The notes under the pieces are model-generated. The model worked only from the letters and a program-made list of their open reading frames with translations. It searched no databases and was not told the origin of the DNA. A DNA stretch of 37,748 nucleotides, taken from assembly GCA_000934665.2 (NCBI GenBank), contig JYFJ02003773.1, positions 1 to 37,748 of the forward strand, given 5' to 3'. Below are positions 1-13,800 of this stretch, piece after piece; position 1 is the stretch's first letter; each line of letters starts with the position of its first letter. Source of the DNA: Catajapyx aquilonaris (taxonomy: Eukaryota). The position numbers and the translations under genes were made by a program.

Positions 1-939
1 GATGCAACAGAGTGATGGAATGTATGTTTACGGGCATGGGCTAGCTAGTTATGAACAAAAATCCCAAATCCCAGACCAAGGCTAGTTCCCCATTGAACCT
101 GATCGAACCCTGGATCTCAAAGGTGGAACATAGTGGAACTAACCATTTCATCACTGTGGCACCCAGTCTCAAAATCATAAAGGCTCTTAATAGCCTCAGT
201 ATTGCCTCATACACTGCATATGATGCACAGTACCATGGCAGATGGCACTGGCAACCAAACTGGTCACATGATCCAACCCAGACAATAGCAAGCAGTGACT
301 CCGAAATGCATGCATTCAGAATTGCTAATTTGGAAGAGGTGTCTACATGAAATGCCAAATGGCACCTGCTAAGGTCCAGTAATTGTCTAAAACAGAACCT
401 CATAAGGATCACTAGCTTCCTTGCTGACATTCAATTGTCACATGAGTTACTGACTTCTTTCTGTCAGTTTCTTGGAACATTTAGCCAAATCCTCGGACCC
501 TGTAATGTATGCAGTGTAAAACTAATATTAAAGGGGCGGAAACTTTCACTTATGGTTTCATGTGATACATCCATTATAATACTCCATTATACTCCATGGA
601 TATCCAATTATCATTATATCTATAATCTATATATTATTTTATATATTTAGAATTATTATTATCAATTATAAATGGATTATTATTGTAATTATTATGTATA
701 CTCTGCGTTAACTGACCAGTCATCAGAGGATACATCGTATTTGCCATTTCTGATGACCAGGTGTGTGTACCTGGTCATTGCTGGCTATCCCATCTTGGGA
801 TAAAGCCATGAAGGAATGTATGTATGTAGCCTATAGCTGCAAGTTTTGCACCATGACTGCAGCAGTCAGCATCAGAAATAACTCACCCAACAACACCTAC
901 AGAGATAAAACTGGCCCTAGGCAGGCACAAACAAAGGCA

Positions 940-1845
940 TATGGCCAGTCTACGGCGCAGAAAACTCGTACTGGGTGTCGAAACGAAGGTAACAAAATGT
1001 TCAACTATCGCAATCGTGCCCGCAATTAAGGCGGGATTCGAATACTACAAGTCTACAACACTTTTTCCGGGGGCTGCTGAGCGGAGACGCTGAGCGGAGA
1101 CGGGGTGCTGAGTTCGGATTTCAGCCCCACGATATCGCACTAAGGCCTCTGATCGCCTCTGATAGTGCCATACCGGTGCCATAATACAGACTGGCAAAGC
1201 GACAATAACGCACCTAGGTCTACAGCCCACAAGATGGACAGGTGGTCACCCGACGTGGGTCACCCAAAGCCACTGATATAAAGGGCCACTACACTCTCTC
1301 GTTCCACTACTGTCCACTACCTGTTGTGCATTCGAAAAATAGTGTCAGTAGTCGACACGGCCGATACTATCACCCCGCTATCACCTGGTTTTGCCTGGTT
1401 TTCATGGAACGCTCACGAGTTGGTGCTTTATTGAATCCTGCGTCTTATTACGTCATCTGGCAAAAATCCACGCCTGCAGGTGGTAAGCACAGGGCATTCC
1501 CTTCCTGATAAAAAATATACTATAGCCGACTGCCAGACTGCGTTTTTTTTTTTCTTCACTTTTTCATCCACAGCGTGGATTCTTATCGGAGTTAACAACA
1601 ACTGCAAAAAATGCTTTCTGGCCTGTGGACCCGGACATCACTTAACTGATGATCACTACCCGGCCTCGTGCAGCTTGTCTGGCTGCCCCTTTTTTGCTGC
1701 TCCAGGTGGGGGCAATAAGAACGACGTGAGGCGGGGTCAGTACAGCAGCAGAGCTGTGAGGAGAGTCTGCATGTTTCAGCAGTGTAGCTGTTGCATTTCT
1801 TCGTTGTGCCTGGAGTTTTAACAAGGGATCGGAGCACGTACCATC
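940..1845 (+). promoter_or_regulatory. CpG-rich putative promoter/5' UTR region of MTR
   Basis: Visibly higher CpG density than the MTR gene body, directly upstream of the inferred start codon; TSS not identifiable. Confidence 0.45.
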
Positions 1846-1858
1846 ATGAATTGTACAG
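1846..1858 (+). CDS. MTR: MTR putative coding exon 1 (MNCT + phase-1 G)
   Basis: ATC-ATG AAT TGT ACA G|gtaatg; phase 1 matches the acceptor at 2642 (G+AA = Glu); lies at the end of a CpG-rich promoter-like region. Confidence 0.6.
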
Positions 1859-4800
1859 GTAATGAGCATATAATGCTTACCTTGCTCACTTGACTTTAGG
1901 GTATTTGTATACAAGTTACACTTACAGTGTGTGACATAATGTTTTGCTATGAAGATAATAGCGACATCCACCACAGGTTTATTATGTCTGTATAGATGGG
2001 CCACAATCTACATCCAAATTGAAGGCCATGTCTGGACCACTGTCTGGACTGTAACTGATTACAGCCTATGGAAGTGTTATTAATAGATATCCGTAATTTA
2101 ATAAAAACCAAAGATGTATTTACGTTAGGAATGTCGTGTTGTTTTATGAATAGACTATCCATAAATTTGTAAGGCCAGATTAGATTACCGGTAAATGTTG
2201 TGAAGAACTGGAGGAATCATATGCACATTATTGTGGAGTACAGTGACCATATTTATGATATCAGAAGTATTCATTTGAGTTACTTGCATTCACGCAGTGC
2301 ACACACAGGAGGTCCAGCTACTACAATGCGGAAAACGAAACGACAATCTGACGTCATCATTTTGTTCTCATGCAACAATGAGAGTAAACAATGTTCTTTT
2401 TGTTGACACTGTTTACTCATGTTGTTGTGTGACGATGACGTCAGATTGTCGTTTCGTTTTCCGCACAGTCGTACCTTGGACAAGGGACAGTGTCTCAAAT
2501 CAAATCCGAGTGATTGAAACATTTTTTGTGCAAATTTTTGTCCCTATTCACCTGTATCCCTATTTAGCTCATTTCACAGTAGGCCTATTCTGAATTAATC
2601 ACGGAATTAAATAATCCAAGTTCTTATGTTTCCAATTTCAGAAGGAGTGAATGCAATGCTAGGCACTGCCCTGAAAGAACGGATCTTAATTTTGGATGGT
2701 GGAATGGGTACCATGATTCAAGGACACTCATTAAATGAGGAAGACTATCAAGGAACCCAATATCAAGGCCACCCTGTCAATCTCAAAGGAAACAATGACC
2801 TCCTCTCACTCACCCAGCCACAAATCATATACAGCATTCACAAGGTATTTGCCAATTTACAATTGACCAATGCCATGAGGGGATTAATTTATTAAATTAC
2901 TTTTCAGGAATACTTAGAAGCAGGTGCAGACATAGTTGAAACCAACACATTCAGTGGGACTAGAATTGCCCAGTCTGACTATGGCCTTGAATCTGAAGTG
3001 TATAAAATGAATTTGGAATCAGCTAAGCTTGCTCGAAGAGCAGCAGATGATGTGACAGCTGCAACTGGTCTCAGGAGGTTTGTAGCTGGAGCAATGGGCC
3101 CCACCAATCGAACTCTGAGTATCTCACCATCAGTTGAGAGGCCAGACTTTCGCAACATAAGTAAGTCTTATACAGGGTGAAGGGAAACTCGTACCCAATC
3201 GCCAGGTAGACTGATAGTACTCACAAAACCAATATAGGGATGTACAATTTATTTGTTTTGGGCACTGTAGCGTAGTTAATGCGTACGGCGCCTTTAAAGT
3301 TTCATGATGTCACATCCGCTCCTCCAGTTTCAAAGAAGCAAAAGTCAGCTAGAGGGCCTCCGAATAATCTGGCCCTGGTCCCCTAATGCATTGTCCATGT
3401 GCAATAGGCTATCAAATCCCGTCAGAGTAAGAATCTGAGTGTGACACCTGTGCACTTTGTCGTTTTTACCTAATATTTTACCACCTGACCCTCTACACTT
3501 TAAAGGTGCCCAAAACTAATTGCACATCCCTATATTAGTTTTGCGAGTACTATCAGTCTACCTGGTGATTGGGCGCGAGTTTCCCTTTACCCAGTATTGA
3601 ACAGGGTACAACTCTACACCTACCTAAAGAAACAAGTGTGTGGATGTATTTATTGGTTATCTTTAGTAACTATTCTTTTTTAAAATGATGGTGTGAGTCT
3701 CCAGATGTGTTTTATTATATTACTAGATATATGTGATTCATGACTTATAAGAAACACTGAATTTCAATTCTTTTGTTGATTAGGATGCTGACCAGTCTGA
3801 CTGAATATGGCTGAAGTCACACTGATGTTTTTCTGGGTTACCCTAGTCTTACTGATTCCTAGAATATAAGTAGACCCAGCTTGATCATTAAATTGGAAAA
3901 ATTGATCCAGAATCTTCAACTAATCTTGGGTTGGTAGTCATTTACTTCAAGGAACTTTTTTGTTTTAAGCCTTTGACGAACTGATGGAAGCATATAAGGA
4001 GCAAGCAAGTGGACTTCTGGATGGTGGTGTGGATGTCCTGTTAGTTGAGACTGTCTTTGACACAGCCAATGCTAAAGCTGCTCTCTATGCTATACAAGAC
4101 ATTTTTGAGGAAGGAAGATACTCACCAGTGCCCATATTTGTAAGGCTGGTTTTTAAATAATACTGTAATTTTGCTTATGCTTAAAATCTACCCCTCCTTT
4201 TGTTTAGGTGTCTGGAACCATAGTGGACAAAAGTGGGCGCACTCTATCTGGACAGACTTCAGAAGCATTTGTCATAAGTGTATCTCATGCTGAACCACTC
4301 TGGTAAAGTTATAAAGATCATTTTCAAAATCAAATATGACTGTTGTTGATTATTTTAGCATTGGGCTGAACTGTGCCTTAGGAGCATTGGAGATGAGGCC
4401 TTTCATTGAGAGGATTGGAAAAAGCACCTCCTCTTATGTTATTTGTTACCCAAATGCTGGCCTTCCAAATGCATTTGGTGGATATGATGAGACTCCCAAA
4501 ATGTTTGCAGAAGCAGTTGGTAGTTTTGCAAAGGATGGTTTGGTTAACATTGTTGGGGGTTGCTGTGGAACAACTCCTGATCATATAAGGTAAGATGGTA
4601 TAAATATTGAATGCAAGTTAAATATATCTACGAGTATTTTGTTTGATGTACAGTTATTGTACGGGCATGTGGCTCATAATTATGTGGATTTTGAGGATCT
4701 TTTTAGGTTAAAGTTTTCACAAATGATGCCATGTATTTATTGCAGTAATTCTTAGGAAATATTTTGACACTTGTTTGTGATAGTTATAGTAATATGGATA

Positions 4801-7800
4801 AAGATTATGCAGCGGTGTTGAAATCAAAAGGAAATAACTGCAATTTTTTATGAAGATTTTTCTTCCGGATTTGTAAGCTTTATCACATGTACATTACAGA
4901 GCAGTGTCTGAAGCGGTGAAGGGATGCCAACCACGAGTTCCACCTTTGAGTGTGTATGAAGGTCATTTACTGCTCTCTGGATTGGAGCCAATGAGAGTAG
5001 GGAAAGATACCAATTTTGTCAACATTGGTGAGAGATGCAATGTGGCAGGTTCAAGACGATTCTGCAGGCTCATCAAGAATGGGGAATTTGAGGTGAGAGT
5101 CACACATTATTTTAAAACCGATGCAAAATTCAGAGGACTCTCATTTGAACTGAAAGTGAGAATTGGTTGTAAGAGGGATAAAATAGGGAATTATGTAGCC
5201 CATAAGGTTGTGTGCTGTTACCCAAGCTTAATAAGGTGTCATGAACACAAGACTTATGATATGCTCAGAAAGGAATGAAGAGTGTACCAGGATGGAAATG
5301 GTTTTGTGTGGCTGTTTGGAAGAATAATGTGAATCATAATTCATAATTATTTTTATTTTTATTATTTTTATATATATATATATATATATTTTAATTACAC
5401 CCTTGAAGCCTTCAGGCTTATATAGGGGGGAGGTTTTTCGACCATTTTCAATCTCTCCGGTGCTAGGATGGAGGGGGGGACAGTGGTGCAAGTGCAATGT
5501 CTCATGGCGGAGGCCGTGTGCAGTCCCCCAGAGGGCTTAGGTTGAAAGACGACCCTCTAGGTGCGGGTAAGAGACCTCCCACAAACACCGCACCTCCTCC
5601 AGTGTGGGATAGGAAAGGTAGGAAGCGGCTGTGGCCTACGATTAGGAAACAACTCCGGTATTCACCTGGGGGTGACCGTGGGAAACCACAGAAAACCCCG
5701 GTCAGAGTTGCCGGCCTGGGGATTTGATCCCTGGACCTCCCGATTTGCAGCCGGATACCAAATCCCCTCCGCTACCACTGCTTCGGTATAATTCATAATT
5801 TATGAGACACTCAGAACTATGCATTTTAATTTTACTCATTGATGACTCAAAGACAATTTTGTTGCTTTTTCCTATTCTCTGGCTGGATAAGAAAAACAAA
5901 TAATTCACCTGATCAGTGCAGAAAAAGAGACGTCTCTGAAACTTGTTATCAAATTACAGCTGGTACGTTATGGTTTATAGTTTTGCTCTAGGACGTACAT
6001 TTGTGTATACTTAAGTAATACAGTTAACTGTCTCGGCTTGCTGAGCGAAAGGTCCCGGGTTCGATCCCCGTCTGGGAGCTCCCTTTCGCCTGCGTCAGGA
6101 GGGTCTTGGACCTGCACCTTGGAGGTGTCTGGGAACATAGCCTCCTGGGGGACTGCACATGACCCATTTTCCAACATTGCACCTGCGTCCCCTCCCCAAA
6201 AAATCCCCACCTTTACCCCATGTCCTTTCGTCCTTGCACCGGTGTTGAAGAAAAATTAGAAAATTTACAGTGGTTTACCAAGCCCTAAAAGAGCACTGTT
6301 CTCTCTAATGAGGTAACGTTTTTTTTTAATAAAAAAAGGTCATGCAGTTAACTTCACTTGGAAAACTGTAACCCAATACTATGTAATAAGTCTTTTGCCT
6401 CTCCTGAAAAGTGAATTATTATGGACAAGTACAGTTCTTTTTTGAATAGGTGCCCTCATTTTCTTTAGATGATACTGGCCATCAACTACTGAGCATTCAC
6501 TAATATCATGTTGCAAATTATCAAATTTAATTTGGCTTTTTGTTATTTTCTCCAGGCAGCATTAGCTGTTGCTAAAGAGCAGGTAGAAGAAGGGGCTCAA
6601 ATTCTGGATGTAAATATGGATGAAGGGATGTTGGACGGTGCAGCAGCCATGACGCGATTTCTGAACCTCATTGCATCAGAGCCAGACATCTCTAGGGTTC
6701 CAGTATGTGTTGATTCATCAAAGTTCAGTGTTGTGGAGGCAGGGCTCAAATGCTGTCAAGGAAAATGCATTGTCAACTCTATCTCCATCAAGGAAGGCGA
6801 GGAGGATTTCCTTAAAAAAGCAGCCATTATCAAGAAGCATGGTGCTGCTGTGGTTATTATGGCTTTTGATGAAATTGGCCAGGTTAGTGTTGCATTTTCA
6901 GTCATGAATTGGTGATCTGATTAGTAGGCACCTACCTGTACAAATCTAGGATAGTCCATAATTGAGGGGCTCAGAGGAAGAACGGCATATCCCAACCACA
7001 GTTCATTTCGAGAGAAGTGGCTTTTCGTGTTTCGCTTTATCATGCAGCTAAAGCTACAGACAAATTTTACAAGTGGAATAGGTGAGCTTTGACATGTCCC
7101 AATTCATTTGGTACTCAGCACATGACAGGTAGATGGAAGGAGAGTACAACACCACTAAAATCTCAAAATTGGAGGTCGGTTTGGATATGCCGTTCTTCCT
7201 CTGAGCGCCTCAATTATTTTTAACACTCATGATGCTGTCATGTTTCATTATTGTAATGCCACTGTTTTCCAGGCAGCAGATGCAGATCGCAAGGTAGAAA
7301 TTTGCCAGCGGTCATACAAGCTGCTAACTGAAAAGGGAGGCTTCAATCCCAACAACGTTATTTTTGATCCTAATATTCTGACACTGGCAACTGGCATAGA
7401 AGAGCACAACACATATGGAATAGCTTTTATTGAAGCCACAAAGAAGATCAAGGTATAGTAAACACCATAACTCTGTTGATATTCTGAAAAACATGGTCAT
7501 AATTGCAGGAAACATGTCCATCATGCCGCATTAGTGGTGGTGTGTCCAACATTTCTTTTGCGTTTCGTGGGATGGAACAAATAAGGGAAGCAATGCATTC
7601 AGTCTTCCTTTTTCATGCTATTCAGGTACTTATCAGCACAGTATTTTTGTAGCATTTAATAATTGAAGAGTGAACACGCACAAGGCTCTAAGAGCCAAAA
7701 TTGAAGAAAAAAAAAATACGACTTTATTACATTAAACTACTCTATGTCCCATGGCCAGTGTGGTAAAAAAACTACTACTAGACTGTCCCTGTAATCTGCA

Positions 7801-10800
7801 GGAATTGTTTATAGATGACAGTGTTGTATATCCACCATGCAAATGGAAGAAAGAAATGCGATTTTCTCCAAACTGGTTTTTTGGCACTTAGAGCCTTGCG
7901 CATGTCCACTCTTCAATTGGTGCTTATTATTAAGATGTTTATTACCAAGCTTTTGTCAGAAGTACTTTCTGTACAGGTTTTTGGAAAGTATGACACCAGT
8001 GTGTTGTCACATGTCAAAGACATCATACTGAATCAAAAAGCCTTGTGGCATTTTGTTGAATGAATTATGCCTGAAGTAGGCCTACTGCAGCCCAGCAAAA
8101 TTTGACCTCTCAGTTCTACAGAGCAGTTTTAATAAGCAGTGACTTGTGTAGTAAAGAAATTCTTATTACAATAATAATTTAAGTCTGTTGTGTGTTCAGT
8201 ATGCCCTGTTGGTACCAACAATGTAGATTAAAAGTTTCAGAGCTACTTGTTTAGGACAAATTAAAGGACAGTAAAAGAATGCAATAAATATCTCAGATTT
8301 GGGGTGCCCCCATTTGAGATACTAACTTTATCACTATAACAATAACCTGATGTGATTAGTACCTCCAATTGACACCTTCCAATCACTGTTGCGTTCACAT
8401 TATTTTATTTTCCTTTAATTTTTACCATACTAAAAAAGTCACACTGAAACATTCTTCCCTGCATTATTAGTACAAGTAAGGCTTATTAATAGGTAACCGT
8501 AACTAGGATAGTGAGGCATTTTTTTACTGGACATCTCACATGAACAAGTCACATCATACCAAAATTGCTGTTTAAAACTGTGCACCTAAACCTTTCATGA
8601 CTAGTGCTTCAGGTGTAATTTCTCAACAAAAGGCCAGGTGACTTTTCAATTAAGAATGATTTCCTCTACCAGGATCATTTCTTGCATGTAAAATTTATGA
8701 GATCCAAATACTTTCATTTTTAAAGTTCAACATATAATTGCTTTGTTTGGCTAAATTAAATGATAGATTTGATATACTGGTCCAACTCATAAGACCAGGG
8801 TGTCTAGCAACATGGAAAACTTGGTAATCATGGAAATATCATGGAATTGGATTTTTCTGGAAAAATCAGGGAATTTCTTTGCGAGTTTGGAATTTTGCCC
8901 AATGAGGAATTGGTGACAACGGTGGTGTGAGTGTCAGCCACCCTCACAACTACCGTGCCACTGGCTCCACCCTGGGTTAGAGTTCGACCCTACTAGGGTT
9001 CCAGGGCTCTTTCTCTATGTTTAGGCTTTTTGAGTCACATTGCAACTGTTTCTGGCAAGTGGCAACACAATATTATGTAAATTTGCACTGAACTGCTTGA
9101 AATTTTTGGTGTTTTCTGAACAATCGTCTGCACCATGCAAGGCACACAAATCAGGGAAATTCTGTTAAATGAGCACTCGGAAACCTGGAAATATCAGGTA
9201 ATTTTTTTTCCTGGGGTTCGCTATAGACACCTGTAAGACTGAGGGGCAACAGAGACACTGCTTGCACAATATACTGGACAATAATTTTTGCTGACAATAT
9301 TTTACTTGGTGCCAACAGTTCCAGGCTAGTAATTGTTAAATTTTTTAAGGCTGGTATGGACATGGGAATTGTTAATGCTGGTCACCTCCCAGTGTATGAT
9401 GACATTGAGCCAAAACTGTTGGTCCTGTGTGAAGACATCCTCTGGAACAGAAATCCAGATGCCACAGAGCAGCTGCTACAATATGCTCAAACTCTCTCAA
9501 AGACTGGGAAGTTGGCAGGTGCAATTGTTGAAGATGAGTGGAGGTCTGAATCAATGGAAAAGAGATTGCAGCATGCTCTTGTAAAGGGGATAGACAAACA
9601 TATAGTGGAGGATGTCGAAGAAGCCCGGCTACAGGTGGAAAAGTACCCCAGGCCACTTAATATCATTGAGGGCCCTCTCATGAAGGGCATGGGAATAGTT
9701 GGTGACTTATTTGGATCAGGAAAGATGTTCCTGCCGCAAGTAATAAAGTCAGCCAGGGTCATGAAAAAGGCAGTGGCACACCTAATTCCATTCATGGAGA
9801 AGGAAAGAGAAGAGACAATGGCAATTCTGGGGGAATGTGTTGCAGAGAAGGTATGTACCATTAATAATTTATTTAACAATTATTAATTTGTGTACCTATG
9901 TGTTTCAAGTATACACTGCACAGTTTTTCTGATGCTGAAGGAAGGAGATTCTCAGTGAGAGCATTTTAGTTCACAGCTTGACTCATATTGTCATGCTAGA
10001 GGTTATATAAATCTTCAGTACAAGAGTCGTAACTTTCCCATAAAAATTGAATAGTGATAAAAATTTATTAAGCTTTCAATACATACAGTATGTTAAATTT
10101 TATTTATTGTCATACTAGGGTACCGTAGGGTAAATTAAGTAAATATGTCTGAACAGGTGTAGTGCTGGACATTCTGTCATACTGCTAGTGGCATTTTCCG
10201 ATTCGGCAGAAGTGCAAAGTGAATTGGTGGCGTTCGAACCATGTGAGTAAGAAATGGTATGCCTTAGGTGACGTCACTGGCTGGGGACAAGCCTTTTTCT
10301 CCATTGCCCCCAGCTGGTGACGTCACCCATTTCTTACTCGCACGGCTCGCACTCCCATCAATTCGTTTTTGCACTTCTGCCGCAACAGAAAATGTTGCCA
10401 GCAGTACAACAGAATTAATGTCCAGCACTGTACTCCCTGAACAAGAATTTCAAGAATTCACAAGTCAGTTTGATATTTTGAAGATTGGCAAACATAGTGA
10501 GGAGCCTACTTCATGTTACTGCATTATAATAACTACACTTACCCACACTCAATATTCTTTTACTGAAAACTACATGAGGTATGAATCAATGGTGTTGTTG
10601 CTTTACACTGCATTAGTGCATATGGTGAATGTAGTGCATGCTGGTATTAGATGGGTGAACCAGCTAGTCAGTATAAAGGGTGGTCATTTTTGTAATTCCC
10701 TCCTTTGCTTTGGATCAGGTCAGGGTTGCAAAATGAGATATTGACATGTTATTTGGATCCAATTTGCTTTCACTTCCTGACTTCGCCTATTGGTCACTGT

Positions 10801-13800
10801 CTCAGCCTGTTCACAGTAGTGCTCCTGTGGAAAGCAAATTACTCGTGCTCATAGCAATTTTGTGGGAACTGGGAATTGGAAATAGCCTTAGAAATGTTTT
10901 TTTTTTTCTTTTTCTTTTCTTCTTTTTGTTTGTCTGACTTGCACTTGATACTGTTGAACTAGGGACAGGCACTTTCCAGTTGGAGTAGAGGGGAAATATC
11001 TGCATCTGGGATCATTTGCTCAAATGACGTAAATTTTTGGATCTGGGTTACTTGCACAAGAGAACCGGGTCTGGTTTGCTTTGCAAGTGAATCCAGTATG
11101 GTTAGGTGCCATGTAAATATACTATGGTGAACCCTTTCCAGTATGGCTTTGAATTCAAGGTTTCTGTGTAAATGTCCTCACTGTGATTGTAATCCAGGTC
11201 TCTTTTTCATCATGCTAAAGTACTATTTTTTTTAACATGCAGGATCGCTATGCTGGAATAGTGGTTCTTGCCACTGTCAAAGGGGATGTCCATGACATAG
11301 GAAAGAATATAGTGGGAGTGGTCCTGGGCTGCAATAACTTCAAGGTAGTGGACCTTGGAGTGATGACCCCATGTGAAAGAATTCTGGAGGCAGCTATTGT
11401 AGAGCAGGCAGATATCATAGGGCTGTCTGGACTCATTACGCCTTCACTGGATGAAATGTCCTACGTTGCCAAGGAGATGCAGCGGCTGGGGCTACAGATC
11501 CCACTGCTAATTGGGGGTGCCACCACTTCTAAGCAGCATACTGCTGTCAAGATTTCACCTTGCTATAAACAACCAGTTGTGCATGTCTTAGATGCATCCA
11601 GGAGTGTGCTAGTGGTGAGTTACATTGTTTTATGTAGCATGACTAAACAAGTGAAAGCATTTGGTTTTTATGATGTAACTACAAGGGCCTTTCCATAAAG
11701 CATGAGAGTGATTTTTTAATGAGAAAGTATAGGAAGTACTATCATGATGGTGGCACATTCAGTAGTGCTGTCAAAAGTGGATGTGCATGCTCGTGTTCAG
11801 ACGTCTACTGCGCACCATGTGGGTGTGGTGGCAGCACAATCGTCTACCCCCTGAATCTCCTCATGAGTCACGGCACCGACACATGAAGAGCAGTATGCCA
11901 CACAGAAATTGTGCTTTTGCCTCAAGAAAACAGCCAGTGAATTCTGCTCCAAGATGACATAAGCTTATGGTTATGTGCCCTGTTTTCCACATGTTGCAAT
12001 CTTATTTCTTTGCATGTTATCTGGTTTTCAGATGTTATATTAACCCTTTGATGACGGAGTTTTTGAGGGATTGCATTACCCCAGGGCCTGAGTTTTTTTT
12101 CCCCTTTTCCGGAAATTTTATGACCTCGCCGATTTTCTTGAAATTCGGTGCATTGGTAGCCCACCCCAAGGGATGAAAAACGCACCTATAGTTACCTAAT
12201 CAAAATGACCTCGTGACCCAATTTTGAGGGGGGCAGAGGTCAAATCATAAAATTTCGACCTCACCGACAGGTAGGGCTGTGCGATATCCGAAATTGCATA
12301 TCGATTTTCGATACTTAAAAATATCGCATCGAAGTCGATATATCGAAAATCGAAAAACCGACATCGCAATATATCGCAAACCGACATCGAACCGACATCA
12401 CAAAATATCGCACATCGACTTTCGATACTTAAAAAATATCGCATCGAAGTCGATATATCGAAAATCGAAAAACCGACATCGCAATATATCGCAAACCGAC
12501 ATCGAACCGACATCACAAAATATCGCACATCGCAAAATATCGCAAACCGACATCGCGATATTTTGCGATGTCGGTTTGCGATATTTTCGATGTCGGTTTT
12601 TCGATTTTCGATATATCGACTTCGATTCGATATTTTTTTAGTATCGAAAGTCGATATGAAATTTCGGATATCGCACAGCCCTACTCACCGATTTTCTTGA
12701 AATTCGGTGCATTGACATATGTCCCCCTCCAATATGGGTCACAGGGTCATGTCGAGCAGGAAACTGTAGGTGCGTTTTTAATCCCTTGGTGTGGGTTACC
12801 AATGCACCGAATTTGAAAAAAATCCGGTGAGGTCGAAATTTGACCTCTGCCCCCCTCAAAATTTGGTCACGAGGTCATTTTGATCAGGTAACTATAGGTG
12901 CGTTTTTCATCCCGTGGTGTGGGCTACCAATGCACCGAATTTCAAGATAATCGGTGAGGTTGAAATTTTTTGCGTTGAAAAATGACCCGAGTTGGCAGGG
13001 CAAATCTTCGGACATCATATGATGTCCGTAGGCCCTCCAGCAATGCAAGCTCGGAAATCATATGATGGCCGTAGGCAGCAAAGGGTTAAGTCCAGAAATT
13101 ATCCGGGACATGAAATTGCAGGTTTTTTCACTATTTACCCAGTTGCGAACATAATATTTGGGGTCGCAAGGGAGGGTAACAGATTATTTTCACCAAATGA
13201 TTCTATCTATCTGGAAAAATGCCCAGAAATGAGAAAATGTATTAATTGATCAATGATTGTCATTTGATTGTCATTGACTACCTTGGGGGGGCAGGGGGGT
13301 AGCGTTGAATTGGAGGTGAGGGTCACGAATTTTGCGAGACTATTTTATGGGGTCACCAGCGAAAAAGATCGGGAAGCCCTGGGCAAGAGGAAAGTGATTC
13401 ATACACCCCTGAAATTTTGTCATATTTCATGCCATTCTTACTATGCACTATGATAACAGTGTAGCACGACTCTGTGTGTGGAACAATAAGAACTTATATT
13501 TGTGACTGAATACCTACCACATTTTTCATACCCATTGATAGATCGAAGATGGTGTCCAATGGCATTTTGTTGCATATTCCAATGTTTCTGAAAGTCACAT
13601 AAATCTGAAAGCATTAATGGATATCACAGGAAAGCATAGTTCTTTTAACAAGTAGTGGGATATTTTAGTAAGCTATTTTTGTTGACTCAACATATGTTTG
13701 GTTCTAGTGCTCCAGCCTTTTAGACAACAGCCTGAAGGATGACTTTGTAGAAGATATCCGTGAAGAATACCAAGAGATCTGCCAGGACCACTATGAAACA

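Noticed and set aside
41..499. ORFs 41..430 (-) and 51..350 (+); acceptor-like cattacag on the minus strand near 500
   Set aside because: No recognisable protein motif and no consistent exon chain. It could belong to a divergent neighbouring transcript, but this window cannot support that.
6031..6075. tRNA gene candidates (also near 24270-24335 and 5720-5785)
   Set aside because: A/B boxes run into shared repeat bodies and I could not form a full cloverleaf, so these are SINE heads.
9372..9879. Antisense and alternate-frame ORFs over exons (also 13720..14073, 33739..34092 and others)
   Set aside because: Shadows of real coding exons with no independent evidence.
12196..12859. Repetitive ORFs resembling a repeat protein, or a CRISPR-like array
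   Set aside because: These are translations of the ATATCG-rich hAT MITE. There are no unique spacers, no cas genes, and the context is a eukaryotic intron.
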